Shown piece by piece: positions 52,821-61,455 of a stretch of 64,000 nucleotides of DNA. The DNA is taken from assembly GCA_020025255.1 (NCBI GenBank), contig JAHHSK010000001.1:98-64097 (forward strand). Reading direction: 5' to 3'. A program made the position numbers and the translations under genes. Source of the stretch: Ruthenibacterium sp. (lineage in GTDB: Bacteria > Bacillota > Clostridia > Oscillospirales > Ruminococcaceae). The notes below the pieces were generated by a model that searched no databases, was not told the DNA's origin, and saw nothing but the letters and a program-made list of their open reading frames with translations. Each line of letters begins with the position of its first letter. Position 1 is the first letter of the stretch.

Positions 52821-52955
52821 CATTCCGAACCTGCTATCCGGCCTTATGTGCGGTGGGGTCTATCCGAAACGGCAGATTTTAGTATACCGCAATCGGATGT
52901 GCCTTCCCTTATGCACCCGTTTGCACATACGGCCTTTCCATTTAGCTCGGCAATG
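52821..52955 (-). ncRNA. Candidate structured non-coding RNA (rod-like, family not recognised)
   Basis: Nested minus-strand helices CATT(G)CCGAGC/GTTCGGAATG, GGCC/GGCC, TATGTGC/GCACATA, ATCCGA/TCGGAT, GCGGTA/TGCCGT; the G-U pairs form only on the minus strand. Confidence 0.45.
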
Positions 52956-53003
52956 ATATTTTGCTTTTTTCAAAGGCTTCGGCTTATGCCGGCAATCCGA
53001 TTT

Positions 53004-53846
53004 TTACATCAAAAACGAACTTTGTGCATTGCGCAGCTTGGTTTCATACATTCCCGCATAGCTGCCATGCAAAAATTTCAAAAGCCCTTCCTCGTACAGC
53101 CTTTGCCAGCACACCTCTTCGCACCCGGGCAGGATGGGGAAGAACAAAGCCCCCGCCTGCTGCGCAAGCCGTGCATCCCCCAGAGTATCTCCAATCACCA
53201 GCATATGGCTCGGCAGATAGCCTTCATGAAAAAAGCCTGCCAGCGCATCATACCGATTGCCACCCGGCACCGGTATCACCGCATCCGCATATCCGGCCAG
53301 CCCGCTTTTTTCCCAGATTGCACGAACACACGCCGCCGTTCCGGTACCGACGGCTATTATATCTGCCACGCTGTGTGCCGCTGCAAGGCAGCTTTTTGCA
53401 GAGGGGAAGGGTGTGTATTCTTTGGGCATAAAATTCAATCTGCGGTTTACGTCCCGGCTCCATTCCAAAGCCCGCGCAAGCGCTGGCCCTGCCCCACGCT
53501 TCACACGGGCGGCAAGTGCGCCATGCGTCAGTTCGCTTCCGCTTTCGACCCACGCGCAGATCTCATCAAACCCCGGCACAAAAATCTGCTTTTCCATTGC
53601 CATACGGCATACATGTACTAAAATACGAAAGCGGTTTTCCCCGCGCATGCAGCTTTCCACAGAAGCCTGCATCCACAGCTTTGCCATTACGGTACGGTCG
53701 GCTTCCAGCTCAAACACTTCAATCAAAGCCGGGCAAAATGCCTGCTCCTGCTGAAGGCGCAATGTATCCAGCACTGTGCCTTCGATATCGACGCACAGCA
53801 GAAATTCCCTCTTGCGAACAAATTCTTCACCGCTTGCCATCTGCAT
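53004..53846 (-). CDS. HAD family hydrolase-like protein
   Basis: CVDIEGTVLDT (motif I variant), LVIGDTLGD, LFFPILPG. Confidence 0.7.
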   Translation of the reverse strand: MQMASGEEFVRKREFLLCVDIEGTVLDTLRLQQEQAFCPALIEVFELEADRTVMAKLWMQASVESCMRGENRFRILVHVCRMAMEKQIFVPGFDEICAWVESGSELTHGALAARVKRGAGPALARALEWSRDVNRRLNFMPKEYTPFPSAKSCLAAAHSVADIIAVGTGTAACVRAIWEKSGLAGYADAVIPVPGGNRYDALAGFFHEGYLPSHMLVIGDTLGDARLAQQAGALFFPILPGCEEVCWQRLYEEGLLKFLHGSYAGMYETKLRNAQSSFLM

Positions 53847-54213
53847 TTCAACCGCTCCGTTTCCTGCAAATTGTTATAGTTCTATAATACATGCACTTTA
53901 CACAAAAAATCAAGTCTTTCGTCACATTTTTTGTGTATATGCTTTTAATTTTGTTCACAAATGGATTTCATCCAAACGTTTGCCGACGCAACCGTGCAGC
54001 ACAAGCCTTGCTTTGGCATCGCCCGATGCTGCGGTTTTCATGGGGCCCGAGCCTATTTTTTCTTTTTTCGTGTCATTCCGTGCGATTTCTTATCAAAAAT
54101 TTTCGATTTCTTCATATTTTCGTACAGAATTGTGGTAAAATAATGATACGTTCATTGTATCACAGCAGGGTGCGCACTTTCCTTGCATCCTGCCAAAAGC
54201 AAAGGATGATCTT

Positions 54214-55059
54214 ATGCCTGTTTCTATTTGCAATGAAATGATCTTTTCGATTCTTCGGCCGCGCGCCCCGGAAAGCCACAAAGGCTGTTTCGGAAAGCTG
54301 CTTGCCGTATGCGGCTGCGAAGCCTATCGCGGGGCAGCTGCATTGAGTGTACTGGGTGCGCTTCGCGCCGGTGCGGGGGTTGTTACTTTAGCTGCGCCGG
54401 AAACGGTGATTCAAAGTATTGCTTCGCGGATTCTGGAATCAACTTTTTTGGTTCTGCCGGATGACGAAGCCCTGCTTTCTGCGGCAGCAAAAAGTTCTGC
54501 CTGTCTTGCCGGATGCGGGCTTCCCGATAATGATTCCACAGCACGCCTGACCGAAAAGCTGCTTTGTACGGTTCATGGCACGCTGGTTTTGGATGCCGGT
54601 GCTCTTGGCAGCATTGCCGAACAGCCGGAACTTCTGTGCACCGCAAACGGCTCGCTGATCATTACCCCGCATCCCGGTGAATTGGCGCGGCTTGCCCATA
54701 CGGATCGAAAGCAGATCCTGGCCGATCCCGCAAAAGCCGCCCTTACCTGCGCAAAACGCTGGAATGCAATTACTGTGCTCAAGGGGCACCGCACTCTGGT
54801 TGCCTGTCCGGACGGCAGGCTTTTCCGAAACACGACCGGAAACGCGGGGCTTGCGCGCGGCGGCAGCGGGGATGTGCTTGCCGGCATGATCGCAGGCTAT
54901 GCCTGTGCGGGGCTTTCTGCTCTGGATGCCGCATTATGCGGGGTATATCTGCATGGGCTGGCGGCCGATCGCTGTTGTGCACGGCTTTCCCAGCAGGGCA
55001 TGCTCCCGGAGGATATCCTTTCGGATCTATGCCGGATTTATCTGGAAAACGGTCTTTAA
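54214..55059 (+). CDS. nnrD: ADP-dependent NAD(P)H-hydrate dehydratase
   Basis: HKGCFG, LRAGAG, VLDAGAL, ITPHPGE..RL, GGSGDVLAG. Confidence 0.92.
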   Translation: MPVSICNEMIFSILRPRAPESHKGCFGKLLAVCGCEAYRGAAALSVLGALRAGAGVVTLAAPETVIQSIASRILESTFLVLPDDEALLSAAAKSSACLAGCGLPDNDSTARLTEKLLCTVHGTLVLDAGALGSIAEQPELLCTANGSLIITPHPGELARLAHTDRKQILADPAKAALTCAKRWNAITVLKGHRTLVACPDGRLFRNTTGNAGLARGGSGDVLAGMIAGYACAGLSALDAALCGVYLHGLAADRCCARLSQQGMLPEDILSDLCRIYLENGL

Positions 55060-55095
55060 AAGCTGTACTATTATTTATGAAATGAGGTTTTATTT

Positions 55096-55830
55096 ATGAC
55101 AAATCAACCTGGGTTCGACCCCGTCTTTCACGGATCAGAACATCGATCCTATACCGCTTCGGGCGAATCTCTTGCGCAGTATACCGCCAAAACATTCGGC
55201 TGGATGTTCCTTGGCCTTTTCGTCACCTTTGCTGCTTCGATCCTTTTGATCGGTTCCGGCCTGATCTTCAACTTCCTGCAGCTGGGTTATCCCGGCCTGC
55301 TGCTTTTGATGCTTGCCGAAGTCGGTGTTGTGATGTTTCTTTCTGCACGCATTGACCGGCTGAGCATCAATGCGGCACGCGGCCTGTTTTTTGCTTATGC
55401 CGCGCTCAACGGATTTACTTTTTCTTCTATTTTTCTTGTGTTTGATCTCAGCATCCTGCTGTTCGTATTCGGGCTGACGGCGCTTTACTTCGGTGTGCTT
55501 GCACTGTACGGCTTTATCACAAAAAGCGATTTGTCCCGTCTGGCTCCTTTGCTGTCGATCGGGCTGATTTTCCTGGCTGTCTGCCTTTTGATTTCCATGT
55601 TTTTGCCGATCAGCGCGTTTGACCGATTCATTTGTCTTGCCGGCCTGCTGCTTTTTATGGGCTTTACGGCATACGATACGCAAAAGATAAAGCACTTGTA
55701 CACCATGTATGAACACGATTACGTCATGTCGCGCAAGGCTTCTATTTTTGCAGCACTTCAGCTGTATCTGGATTTCATCAATATCTTTATGTATATCCTG
55801 CGTCTTGTCGGTAATAACGACCGGGATTGA
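55096..55830 (+). CDS. Bax inhibitor-1/YccA family membrane protein
   Basis: Seven TMs, AYDTQKIK, ALQLYLDFINIF. Confidence 0.92.
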   Translation: MTNQPGFDPVFHGSEHRSYTASGESLAQYTAKTFGWMFLGLFVTFAASILLIGSGLIFNFLQLGYPGLLLLMLAEVGVVMFLSARIDRLSINAARGLFFAYAALNGFTFSSIFLVFDLSILLFVFGLTALYFGVLALYGFITKSDLSRLAPLLSIGLIFLAVCLLISMFLPISAFDRFICLAGLLLFMGFTAYDTQKIKHLYTMYEHDYVMSRKASIFAALQLYLDFINIFMYILRLVGNNDRD

Positions 55831-55837
55831 CGCGCTG

Positions 55838-55878
55838 ATCCCGGCAGAACTGTTTTTTCGTTCTGCCGGGATTTTTTC
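55838..55878 (+). terminator. Intrinsic terminator
   Basis: ATCCCGGCAGAAC...GTTCTGCCGGGAT followed by a T-run. Confidence 0.75.
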
Positions 55879-55885
55879 AAAAAAG

Positions 55886-55934
55886 TACTTGACTTAGTCA
55901 GATAAATGATTTATACTTGACCTTGTCAGATAAA
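55886..55934 (+). promoter_or_regulatory. Sigma-A promoter with tandem MarR-type operators
   Basis: TTGACT (55889)-17 nt-TATACT (55912). Two 21-bp near-identical boxes, TACTTGACTTAGTCAGATAAA and TACTTGACCTTGTCAGATAAA, each contain TGAC-N3-GTCA. Confidence 0.8.
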
Positions 55935-55947
55935 AGGAGATGATTGC

Positions 55948-56442
55948 GTGACTCTTGGTTTTTCTTCCTACATCCGTCTGTTCGAAAAAGATTTTTCCGA
56001 ATTCTGCACCGCACGCTTGAATCCGCTTGGGCTTTCCGGCGGGCTGCTTTACTTTCTTTTGTATATCGGAAAGCACGCAGGCTGCACCCCCAGCGATCTT
56101 TCCAGTGCCCTTCGTGCCGACAGCGGGCACGCAGCACGCTGCATTGCCAAACTGGAACAGCTTTCCTATCTGGAACGAAAGCGCAGCGAACAGGATAAAC
56201 GCGTGACGGAACTGTTTTTGACGCAGGAAGGCAAAAAAGCGTTTTCCGCTGTGCAGGGGCTTTTCTCGGAATGGGAAAACATGGTTTTGGAACCGCTTTC
56301 TGAACAAGAGCGCCTTACACTGCACACACTGATGCAGCGCATTGTTCCAAAGCTTTCGTTCGTCTGTGCAAAGCCGCATGGCTTGGAAGCAGCATCCTCG
56401 GATGCATCCACCCGTAATCTGCCGCCTTCGTGCGGTTTATAA
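55948..56442 (+). CDS. MarR family regulator, BilQ-like
   Basis: LLYIGKHAGCTPSDLS.AL..D.GH..R.I.KL, DKR, LTQEG; GTG start after AAGGAG. BilQ resemblance is from recall, not alignment. Confidence 0.8.
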   Translation: MTLGFSSYIRLFEKDFSEFCTARLNPLGLSGGLLYFLLYIGKHAGCTPSDLSSALRADSGHAARCIAKLEQLSYLERKRSEQDKRVTELFLTQEGKKAFSAVQGLFSEWENMVLEPLSEQERLTLHTLMQRIVPKLSFVCAKPHGLEAASSDASTRNLPPSCGL

Positions 56443-56461
56443 AAAAGAAAGAAGGTTTATT

Positions 56462-56968
56462 ATGAAATACGCAATCGTTACCAGCAGTCTTACCGGAAAC
56501 ACCCGTGCCGTTGGGCAGGCAATCACTGAAGCTCTCGGTGATGACGTGATTTTCTGCGGCAAGCCGGATGCCGCCGCACTCGAAGCCGATGTCATCTTTG
56601 CGGGCTTCTGGACAGACAAAGGCAGCTGCTCCAAAGAATTGGCCGATTTTCTGGCCGGCTGCGGCGGCCGAAAAATAGCACTGTTCGGCACAGCCGGCTT
56701 TGGCGGCGATCCCGCTTACTTTGAAACCCTGCTCAACAGTGTGCGCAATCAACTGCCGCAGGATGCCGAATATCTTGGCGGCTGGATGTGCCAGGGTCGC
56801 ATGCCTGCCAGCGTGCGCACCCGTTATGCCGCTGCTGTGGAAAGCAATCCCGCAGATGAGCACATGAAAAGCATGCTTGAAAACTTTGATCGTGCTCTTG
56901 CCCACCCCGATGAATCGGATTTCGCCGCAGCACAGGCCTTTGCGCGCAGCATCCAATCCGCCCTGTAA
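56462..56968 (+). CDS. Flavodoxin family protein, BilS-like
   Basis: SSLTGNT, GFWTDKG.C, LFGTAGFGG, MCQGRMP.SVR.RY, ENFDRALAHPD. Confidence 0.85.
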   Translation: MKYAIVTSSLTGNTRAVGQAITEALGDDVIFCGKPDAAALEADVIFAGFWTDKGSCSKELADFLAGCGGRKIALFGTAGFGGDPAYFETLLNSVRNQLPQDAEYLGGWMCQGRMPASVRTRYAAAVESNPADEHMKSMLENFDRALAHPDESDFAAAQAFARSIQSAL

Positions 56969-56982
56969 TCGAAGCTTTTATA

Positions 56983-57037
56983 ACAAAGCGGCACTCCATG
57001 GCTTTTGGCCGGGAGTGCCGCTTTGTTTTTCTTTTTT
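56983..57037. terminator. Terminator between convergent genes
   Basis: ACAAAGCGGCACTCC...GGAGTGCCGCTTTGT followed by T-runs. Confidence 0.75.
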
Positions 57038-58751
57038 ACTGTACCGGGAATTTCACAATAAATGTGTTGCCTTTTTCGGATGCTGCCACGGAAACCGATG
57101 CCCCGTAGTTTGTTGCAATGTGTTTTACGATTGCAAGCCCCAGCCCCGTTCCGCCCGCCGCCTTGCTGCGTCCGCGGTCGATGCGGAAAAATCGTTCAAA
57201 TATTCGTTCCATATATTCCCGCGCAATCGGCTCCCCGGTGTTGAATACAGTCAGGATCGGAACATTATCCTGATTTTCCAGCTTGACGTCCACATATCCG
57301 CCGGGGCGGTTATATTTGACGGCATTGCTGATGAGATTGCCTGTAAGCTCCCGCATTTCCCGGTGCGATGCGGAAACAACGCTCGGCTGCACCGAACAAA
57401 GGATGCGCACATGATTCATTTCCGCCATGGGTTCGGCATCCGCGCAGCATTCATCCACCACATCCGCAAGATCGATCAATTCGCGTTCAAACATGATATC
57501 GCCGCTTTCCAGCCGGCTGATCATAATAATATCGCTGATGAGGCTGCTCATCCGCACTGTTTCCTTTAAAATGCGCTTCGATAACTCCTCATGCTTATTG
57601 CCGCCCAAAGGCATATTGCTGCACAGCAGCTCTGCAAAGCCCTTGATCGAAGTGATCGGCGTTTTCAGCTCGTGCGAAGCCGATTCAAAGAATTCCTGAC
57701 GCATCTTCGCTGCGTTGCGCTGCGCCGTCACATCGGTAATAATCAGGATCACGCCGCCATCGATCGCTCCGTTGTCCTCGGGCTCCACGCGGCTGATATT
57801 CACTTCCCCTTTTTTCTTATCCGGCAGCGGAAGATCCACGGCAATATGCCCGCCTTTTTCCAGCACTGCCGCCACCCCATCCACGACCGGGACGCTGCGT
57901 GTTGCATGCAGGATATTTTTTCCCTGCACATTTCTTTTATCGACATGAAAGCAGCTGCACGCAGCCTCATTGATCAGCAGAATGTTCTGCTGGGTATCCA
58001 AAAGCACGAAGCCTTCATTCATATTATCCAGGATATAATTGATTTTGGTGCGCTCTTGCTCCAGACGGCGCATATTGCGGGCAATTTCCTCCGACATCCC
58101 GTTGATGTTGCCGGCCATAGTACGCAGTTCTTCATACGGATATTTTTGCGGGTCCAGCTTCACTCCCCCCTGCTGCACCGATTTCAGGCTTTTTGCAAAG
58201 CTTGCAACCGGCGCCAGCACAGTATCCGCAGTGCGCGAGGCAAGGGCTGCGGCCGCTGCAAATGCAACAAGGCCGGTAAGCAAAAACGCCGGCAGCAGGC
58301 TGAGCAATGTGTGCCCAAAATCCCGACTTGTCATTGCAGCACAGAGATATCCGTAATCCACCTTTGCGCCGGCATATATCATGCGCTGTCCGGTCTGTTT
58401 GTTTCGGTGCACCGCAGCCAGAGTACCGCTTTGTATCATCTGCTGAAATCCGCTTTCCCCGGTGCCGGCTTGCGCCACCGTATGTTCCCTTTGGGAATCC
58501 GCAAGCACAACTCCGGTGTCCGAAAGCAGTGTGATGCGCATCCCGCCTGAAAGTTCGGAAAGATGTTTTGCATTTTCATCGGTTGCCGGTTTTGTATCTT
58601 TTGTTTTTGCCAGCACGGTCACCATACGGCACAGATAATCTTTTGTTTGCTGCATCGCACGGTAATCCACGATCAGCGCAGTCAGCAGCAAGCAGCAAAT
58701 CAGTCCGGCACCCAGACAGAATGCCGTGCTTTTTAAAATACTTTTTTTCAT
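57036..58751 (-). CDS. PhoR-like PAS-domain sensor histidine kinase
   Basis: Two TMs, PAS (ILDNMNEG...NEAA), H-box SHELKTPITSIKG, NAVKYN, FERFFR, GGTGLGLAIVKH. Confidence 0.9.
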   Translation of the reverse strand: MKKSILKSTAFCLGAGLICCLLLTALIVDYRAMQQTKDYLCRMVTVLAKTKDTKPATDENAKHLSELSGGMRITLLSDTGVVLADSQREHTVAQAGTGESGFQQMIQSGTLAAVHRNKQTGQRMIYAGAKVDYGYLCAAMTSRDFGHTLLSLLPAFLLTGLVAFAAAAALASRTADTVLAPVASFAKSLKSVQQGGVKLDPQKYPYEELRTMAGNINGMSEEIARNMRRLEQERTKINYILDNMNEGFVLLDTQQNILLINEAACSCFHVDKRNVQGKNILHATRSVPVVDGVAAVLEKGGHIAVDLPLPDKKKGEVNISRVEPEDNGAIDGGVILIITDVTAQRNAAKMRQEFFESASHELKTPITSIKGFAELLCSNMPLGGNKHEELSKRILKETVRMSSLISDIIMISRLESGDIMFERELIDLADVVDECCADAEPMAEMNHVRILCSVQPSVVSASHREMRELTGNLISNAVKYNRPGGYVDVKLENQDNVPILTVFNTGEPIAREYMERIFERFFRIDRGRSKAAGGTGLGLAIVKHIATNYGASVSVAASEKGNTFIVKFPVQ

Positions 58752-58756
58752 CCGGC

Positions 58757-59473
58757 CTATCCTTCCCGGTCTATGCTTCCCAGAAAACGGTATCCCACAC
58801 CTCGAACCGTTTTGATAAAACGCGGAGCAGAGCTTTCATCCCCCAGTTTATGACGAAGGGTGCCGATATGCATATCCAGTGTGCGGGTCTCCCCGATAAA
58901 ATCATATCCCCAGACACTTTGCAGCAGCGCTTCCCGGCTCAAAGCATCCGGCGCATTTTCCATAAGTTCCCGCAGCAGTTCAAATTCCTTGTTCGTCAGC
59001 TCCAACGGCTGGCCATCCAGTGCCGCTTCATGCGCGGAAAGATTGATCGTCAGCGCTCCGCTGCGCAGCACCGTATTCTTTTTTGCCGATGCCGCCACAT
59101 ATCTGCGCAGAATGGCCCGCACACGGGCACACAGCTCCAGCACGCTGAACGGCTTTGTCATGTAATCATCGGCACCGGCATCCAGCCCAATCACCTTATC
59201 CGCTTCGGAATCCTTTGCCGTAAGCATCATGACCGGCACGGCGGCAAGCTGAGGATTATCCCGCATTTTTTTTAACGCTGTGATCCCATCCATGCCTTCC
59301 AGCATGATATCAAGCACTACGGCATCCGGCACTGTATTTTTCATTTGTTCCAGCGCATCAGATGCATTATCAAATGCACACACTTCATATCCGGAAGAGT
59401 GAAGTGCCACTTCCAGCAGCATACGAATGCTCTCATCATCCTCTACTACAAAAACACACGGCATCTGGGGCAT
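58757..59473 (-). CDS. PhoB/OmpR family response regulator
   Basis: VEDD, LDIML..MDG, LTAK, GADDY..KPF, RTLDMHI, KTVRGVGY; ATG 59473 after GGAGG. Confidence 0.92.
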   Translation of the reverse strand: MPQMPCVFVVEDDESIRMLLEVALHSSGYEVCAFDNASDALEQMKNTVPDAVVLDIMLEGMDGITALKKMRDNPQLAAVPVMMLTAKDSEADKVIGLDAGADDYMTKPFSVLELCARVRAILRRYVAASAKKNTVLRSGALTINLSAHEAALDGQPLELTNKEFELLRELMENAPDALSREALLQSVWGYDFIGETRTLDMHIGTLRHKLGDESSAPRFIKTVRGVGYRFLGSIDREG

Positions 59474-59568
59474 GGCGGTTCCTCCCTTTTCTATTTTGTA
59501 TTGCACTTCTTTTTATTATAAGATATTTTTACTTTAAGTTCAATGCCGCAGCTTTTTTTACGCAAAAA

Positions 59569-59860
59569 AGGGCGGCAGATTCTGCCGCCCTCAAACTGTA
59601 GACAAACTCCAATTCGGAAAAAGGGATGAAATAAAATACGTTCTCATTCACGGGCATGTACCGGGAATGAGAACACCCTGACAGAAAAAAAGCCCTGTTT
59701 TGTGTGCGCAGTGCGCAAAACAGGGCTTTTTTTCGCCGGAAAGGAGTACTGAGGGAAACCGGAAAGCATCTTTTGCGCTGTGCGCAAAATGTGCGCCCGG
59801 TGTCCTTCAGAGGCTGTCGAACTTTTTCGACAGCCTCAGGGCGGCAGATTCTGCCGCCCT
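59569..59860. mobile_element. Non-autonomous MITE-like element (59592-59837) flanked by a duplicated 23-bp terminator hairpin; IS1182-like ends
   Basis: Exact direct repeat AGGGCGGCAGATTCTGCCGCCCT at 59569-59591 and 59838-59860; imperfect terminal IR CAAACTGTAGACAAA / TTTTTCGACAGCCTC; no transposase. Confidence 0.7.
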
Positions 59861-59888
59861 TTTTCTCTTGCTGCACCTTACTTTTCCT

Positions 59889-60605
59889 TCACGATTCTAT
59901 TCCCGCAATCATTTTTACAGCTTCACCGGCAAGGATCATTCCTGCGACTCCGGGCACCCAGCTCACGCTGCCCGGAGCAAAGCGTCCGGCTGTTCCCTTG
60001 TGTTCCCCTTCCTGCTTTTGCTCGAGCGGCGCAGCGGTACTGCACACCACACGCAGATGCCCCACTTGCCGTTTGCGCAGCTCTCGCCGCAAAACGCGCG
60101 CCAATGGATCCCCTTGCGTTTTATACAGGTCTGTCACAATGAACTTCGTTGCATCGAGTCGGTTTCCGCATCCCATTGCGCTGATGATCGGCACACCGAT
60201 GCGGTCGGCTCGGACGATCAGCTCGATTTTTGCGCTGACGGTATCGATCGCATCAATAATGCAATCATATTGGCTCAAATCATACTGCTGTGCATTTTCG
60301 ACTGTATAAAAAACCGGCATGCATGTTACCTGCGCGGCCGGGTTGATATCTAAAATCTGCCGCTTCATCACATCCACCTTAAGCTGCCCCAGCGTGGAAT
60401 GAGATGCCGCAATCTGCCGGTTGATATTCGATATCGAAACGGTATCGTGATCGAACAGCGTCAGGCTGCCGATGCCCGCACGCGCAAGGGTCTGCACTGC
60501 ATGCCCCCCAACGCCGCCAACGCCGAATACCGCCACATGCGCCGCCTGCAAACGCTGCATTGCAGCTGACCCCAATAAAAGTTCACTGCGCTTGAATTCT
60601 TCCAT
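59889..60605 (-). CDS. tcdA: tRNA threonylcarbamoyladenosine dehydratase (ThiF family)
   Basis: GVGGVG, SNINRQ, IIDAIDT..AK, SAMGCGN, DPLARVLR. Confidence 0.88.
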   Translation of the reverse strand: MEEFKRSELLLGSAAMQRLQAAHVAVFGVGGVGGHAVQTLARAGIGSLTLFDHDTVSISNINRQIAASHSTLGQLKVDVMKRQILDINPAAQVTCMPVFYTVENAQQYDLSQYDCIIDAIDTVSAKIELIVRADRIGVPIISAMGCGNRLDATKFIVTDLYKTQGDPLARVLRRELRKRQVGHLRVVCSTAAPLEQKQEGEHKGTAGRFAPGSVSWVPGVAGMILAGEAVKMIAGIES

Positions 60606-60690
60606 TTTTTCTCCTTATCCTGTTCATAAAACGCTTTTGCGCTGTACCTTGATCGTATTCATTCAGTATATCCCGAAAATCAGCAGAAAG

Positions 60691-61353
60691 TCAATGCAGT
60701 GTGTGCCTTCCGGCTTCTTTTTTCTTTTCTTCGCGGGATGGAACCTTTTTTCGTTTTTTGCAAAGCCAAACCAGAACAGTGCCGATGCCAAGAACCACCA
60801 ACACCGCCTTTGTCCAATCTGCCATGTGCACGATCCAGTTTGTTGCCAGCATCCAGTTGTGTCCTGCAATCACGCCGATGCCCACAAGCAGGATATTCCA
60901 AATTGCGCTTCCTGCCGTAGTAAGCAGCAAAAATGGCAGAAACGGCATACCGGACATGCCCGCAGGAATCGAAATCAAGCTGCGCAGAATCGGAATGCAT
61001 CGGCAGTAAAAGACACTTTTGCGCCCATTGCGTGCAAACCGTTCCGACGCTTTTTCGATGTCATCGGCATCCAGCTTCAGTATCCTTCCTGCAGGCCCTT
61101 CCACTATGGTACGCAGTCTCTGTGCAGACAGCACGCGCCCCAATGCATACAGCATAATTGCCCCTGCCACACTGCCCAAAGTAGAAAACAGCACAACACC
61201 AAACGGCGTCATGCCGGTATAGGTCGTCAGAAAGCCGCCGAATGTAAGGATCACCTCGCTTGGGATCGGCGGAAAAATATTTTCGATTGCAATCAGCAGT
61301 GCAACACCCCAGTATCCGAACCGATCGATAAAAGCTGTAATTACCTGTTCCAT
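60691..61353 (-). CDS. DedA family membrane protein
   Basis: IENIFPPIPSEVIL, RCIPILRSLISIPAG; ATG 61353. Confidence 0.9.
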   Translation of the reverse strand: MEQVITAFIDRFGYWGVALLIAIENIFPPIPSEVILTFGGFLTTYTGMTPFGVVLFSTLGSVAGAIMLYALGRVLSAQRLRTIVEGPAGRILKLDADDIEKASERFARNGRKSVFYCRCIPILRSLISIPAGMSGMPFLPFLLLTTAGSAIWNILLVGIGVIAGHNWMLATNWIVHMADWTKAVLVVLGIGTVLVWLCKKRKKVPSREEKKKEAGRHTLH

Positions 61354-61400
61354 GCTATCCCCCCTGCGGAATGTGTATGCCGTGCCGCAGCTGCACATGC

Positions 61401-61444
61401 ACAAGTGCCCTGTATTTCCTGAAACAGAAATACAGGGCACTTGT
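61401..61444. terminator. Hairpin downstream of cls
   Basis: ACAAGTGCCCTGTATTTC...GAAATACAGGGCACTTGT; the T-rich tail is on the plus strand, so its role is uncertain. Confidence 0.5.
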
Positions 61445-61455
61445 TTGTTTTTCTT

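Noticed and set aside
52681..52955. SRP RNA, group II intron domain V, RNase P or tmRNA
   Set aside because: Only superficial words match (TTGCCGAGCTAA, GAAGGAAGC, GCCGTATG). The SRP helix-8 CAGG..GGAA..AGCAG, the domain V bulge and the RNase P/tmRNA signatures are absent.
59529..59876. 115-aa ORF across the MITE-like element
   Set aside because: Spans hairpins and the duplicated terminator; no transposase motifs.
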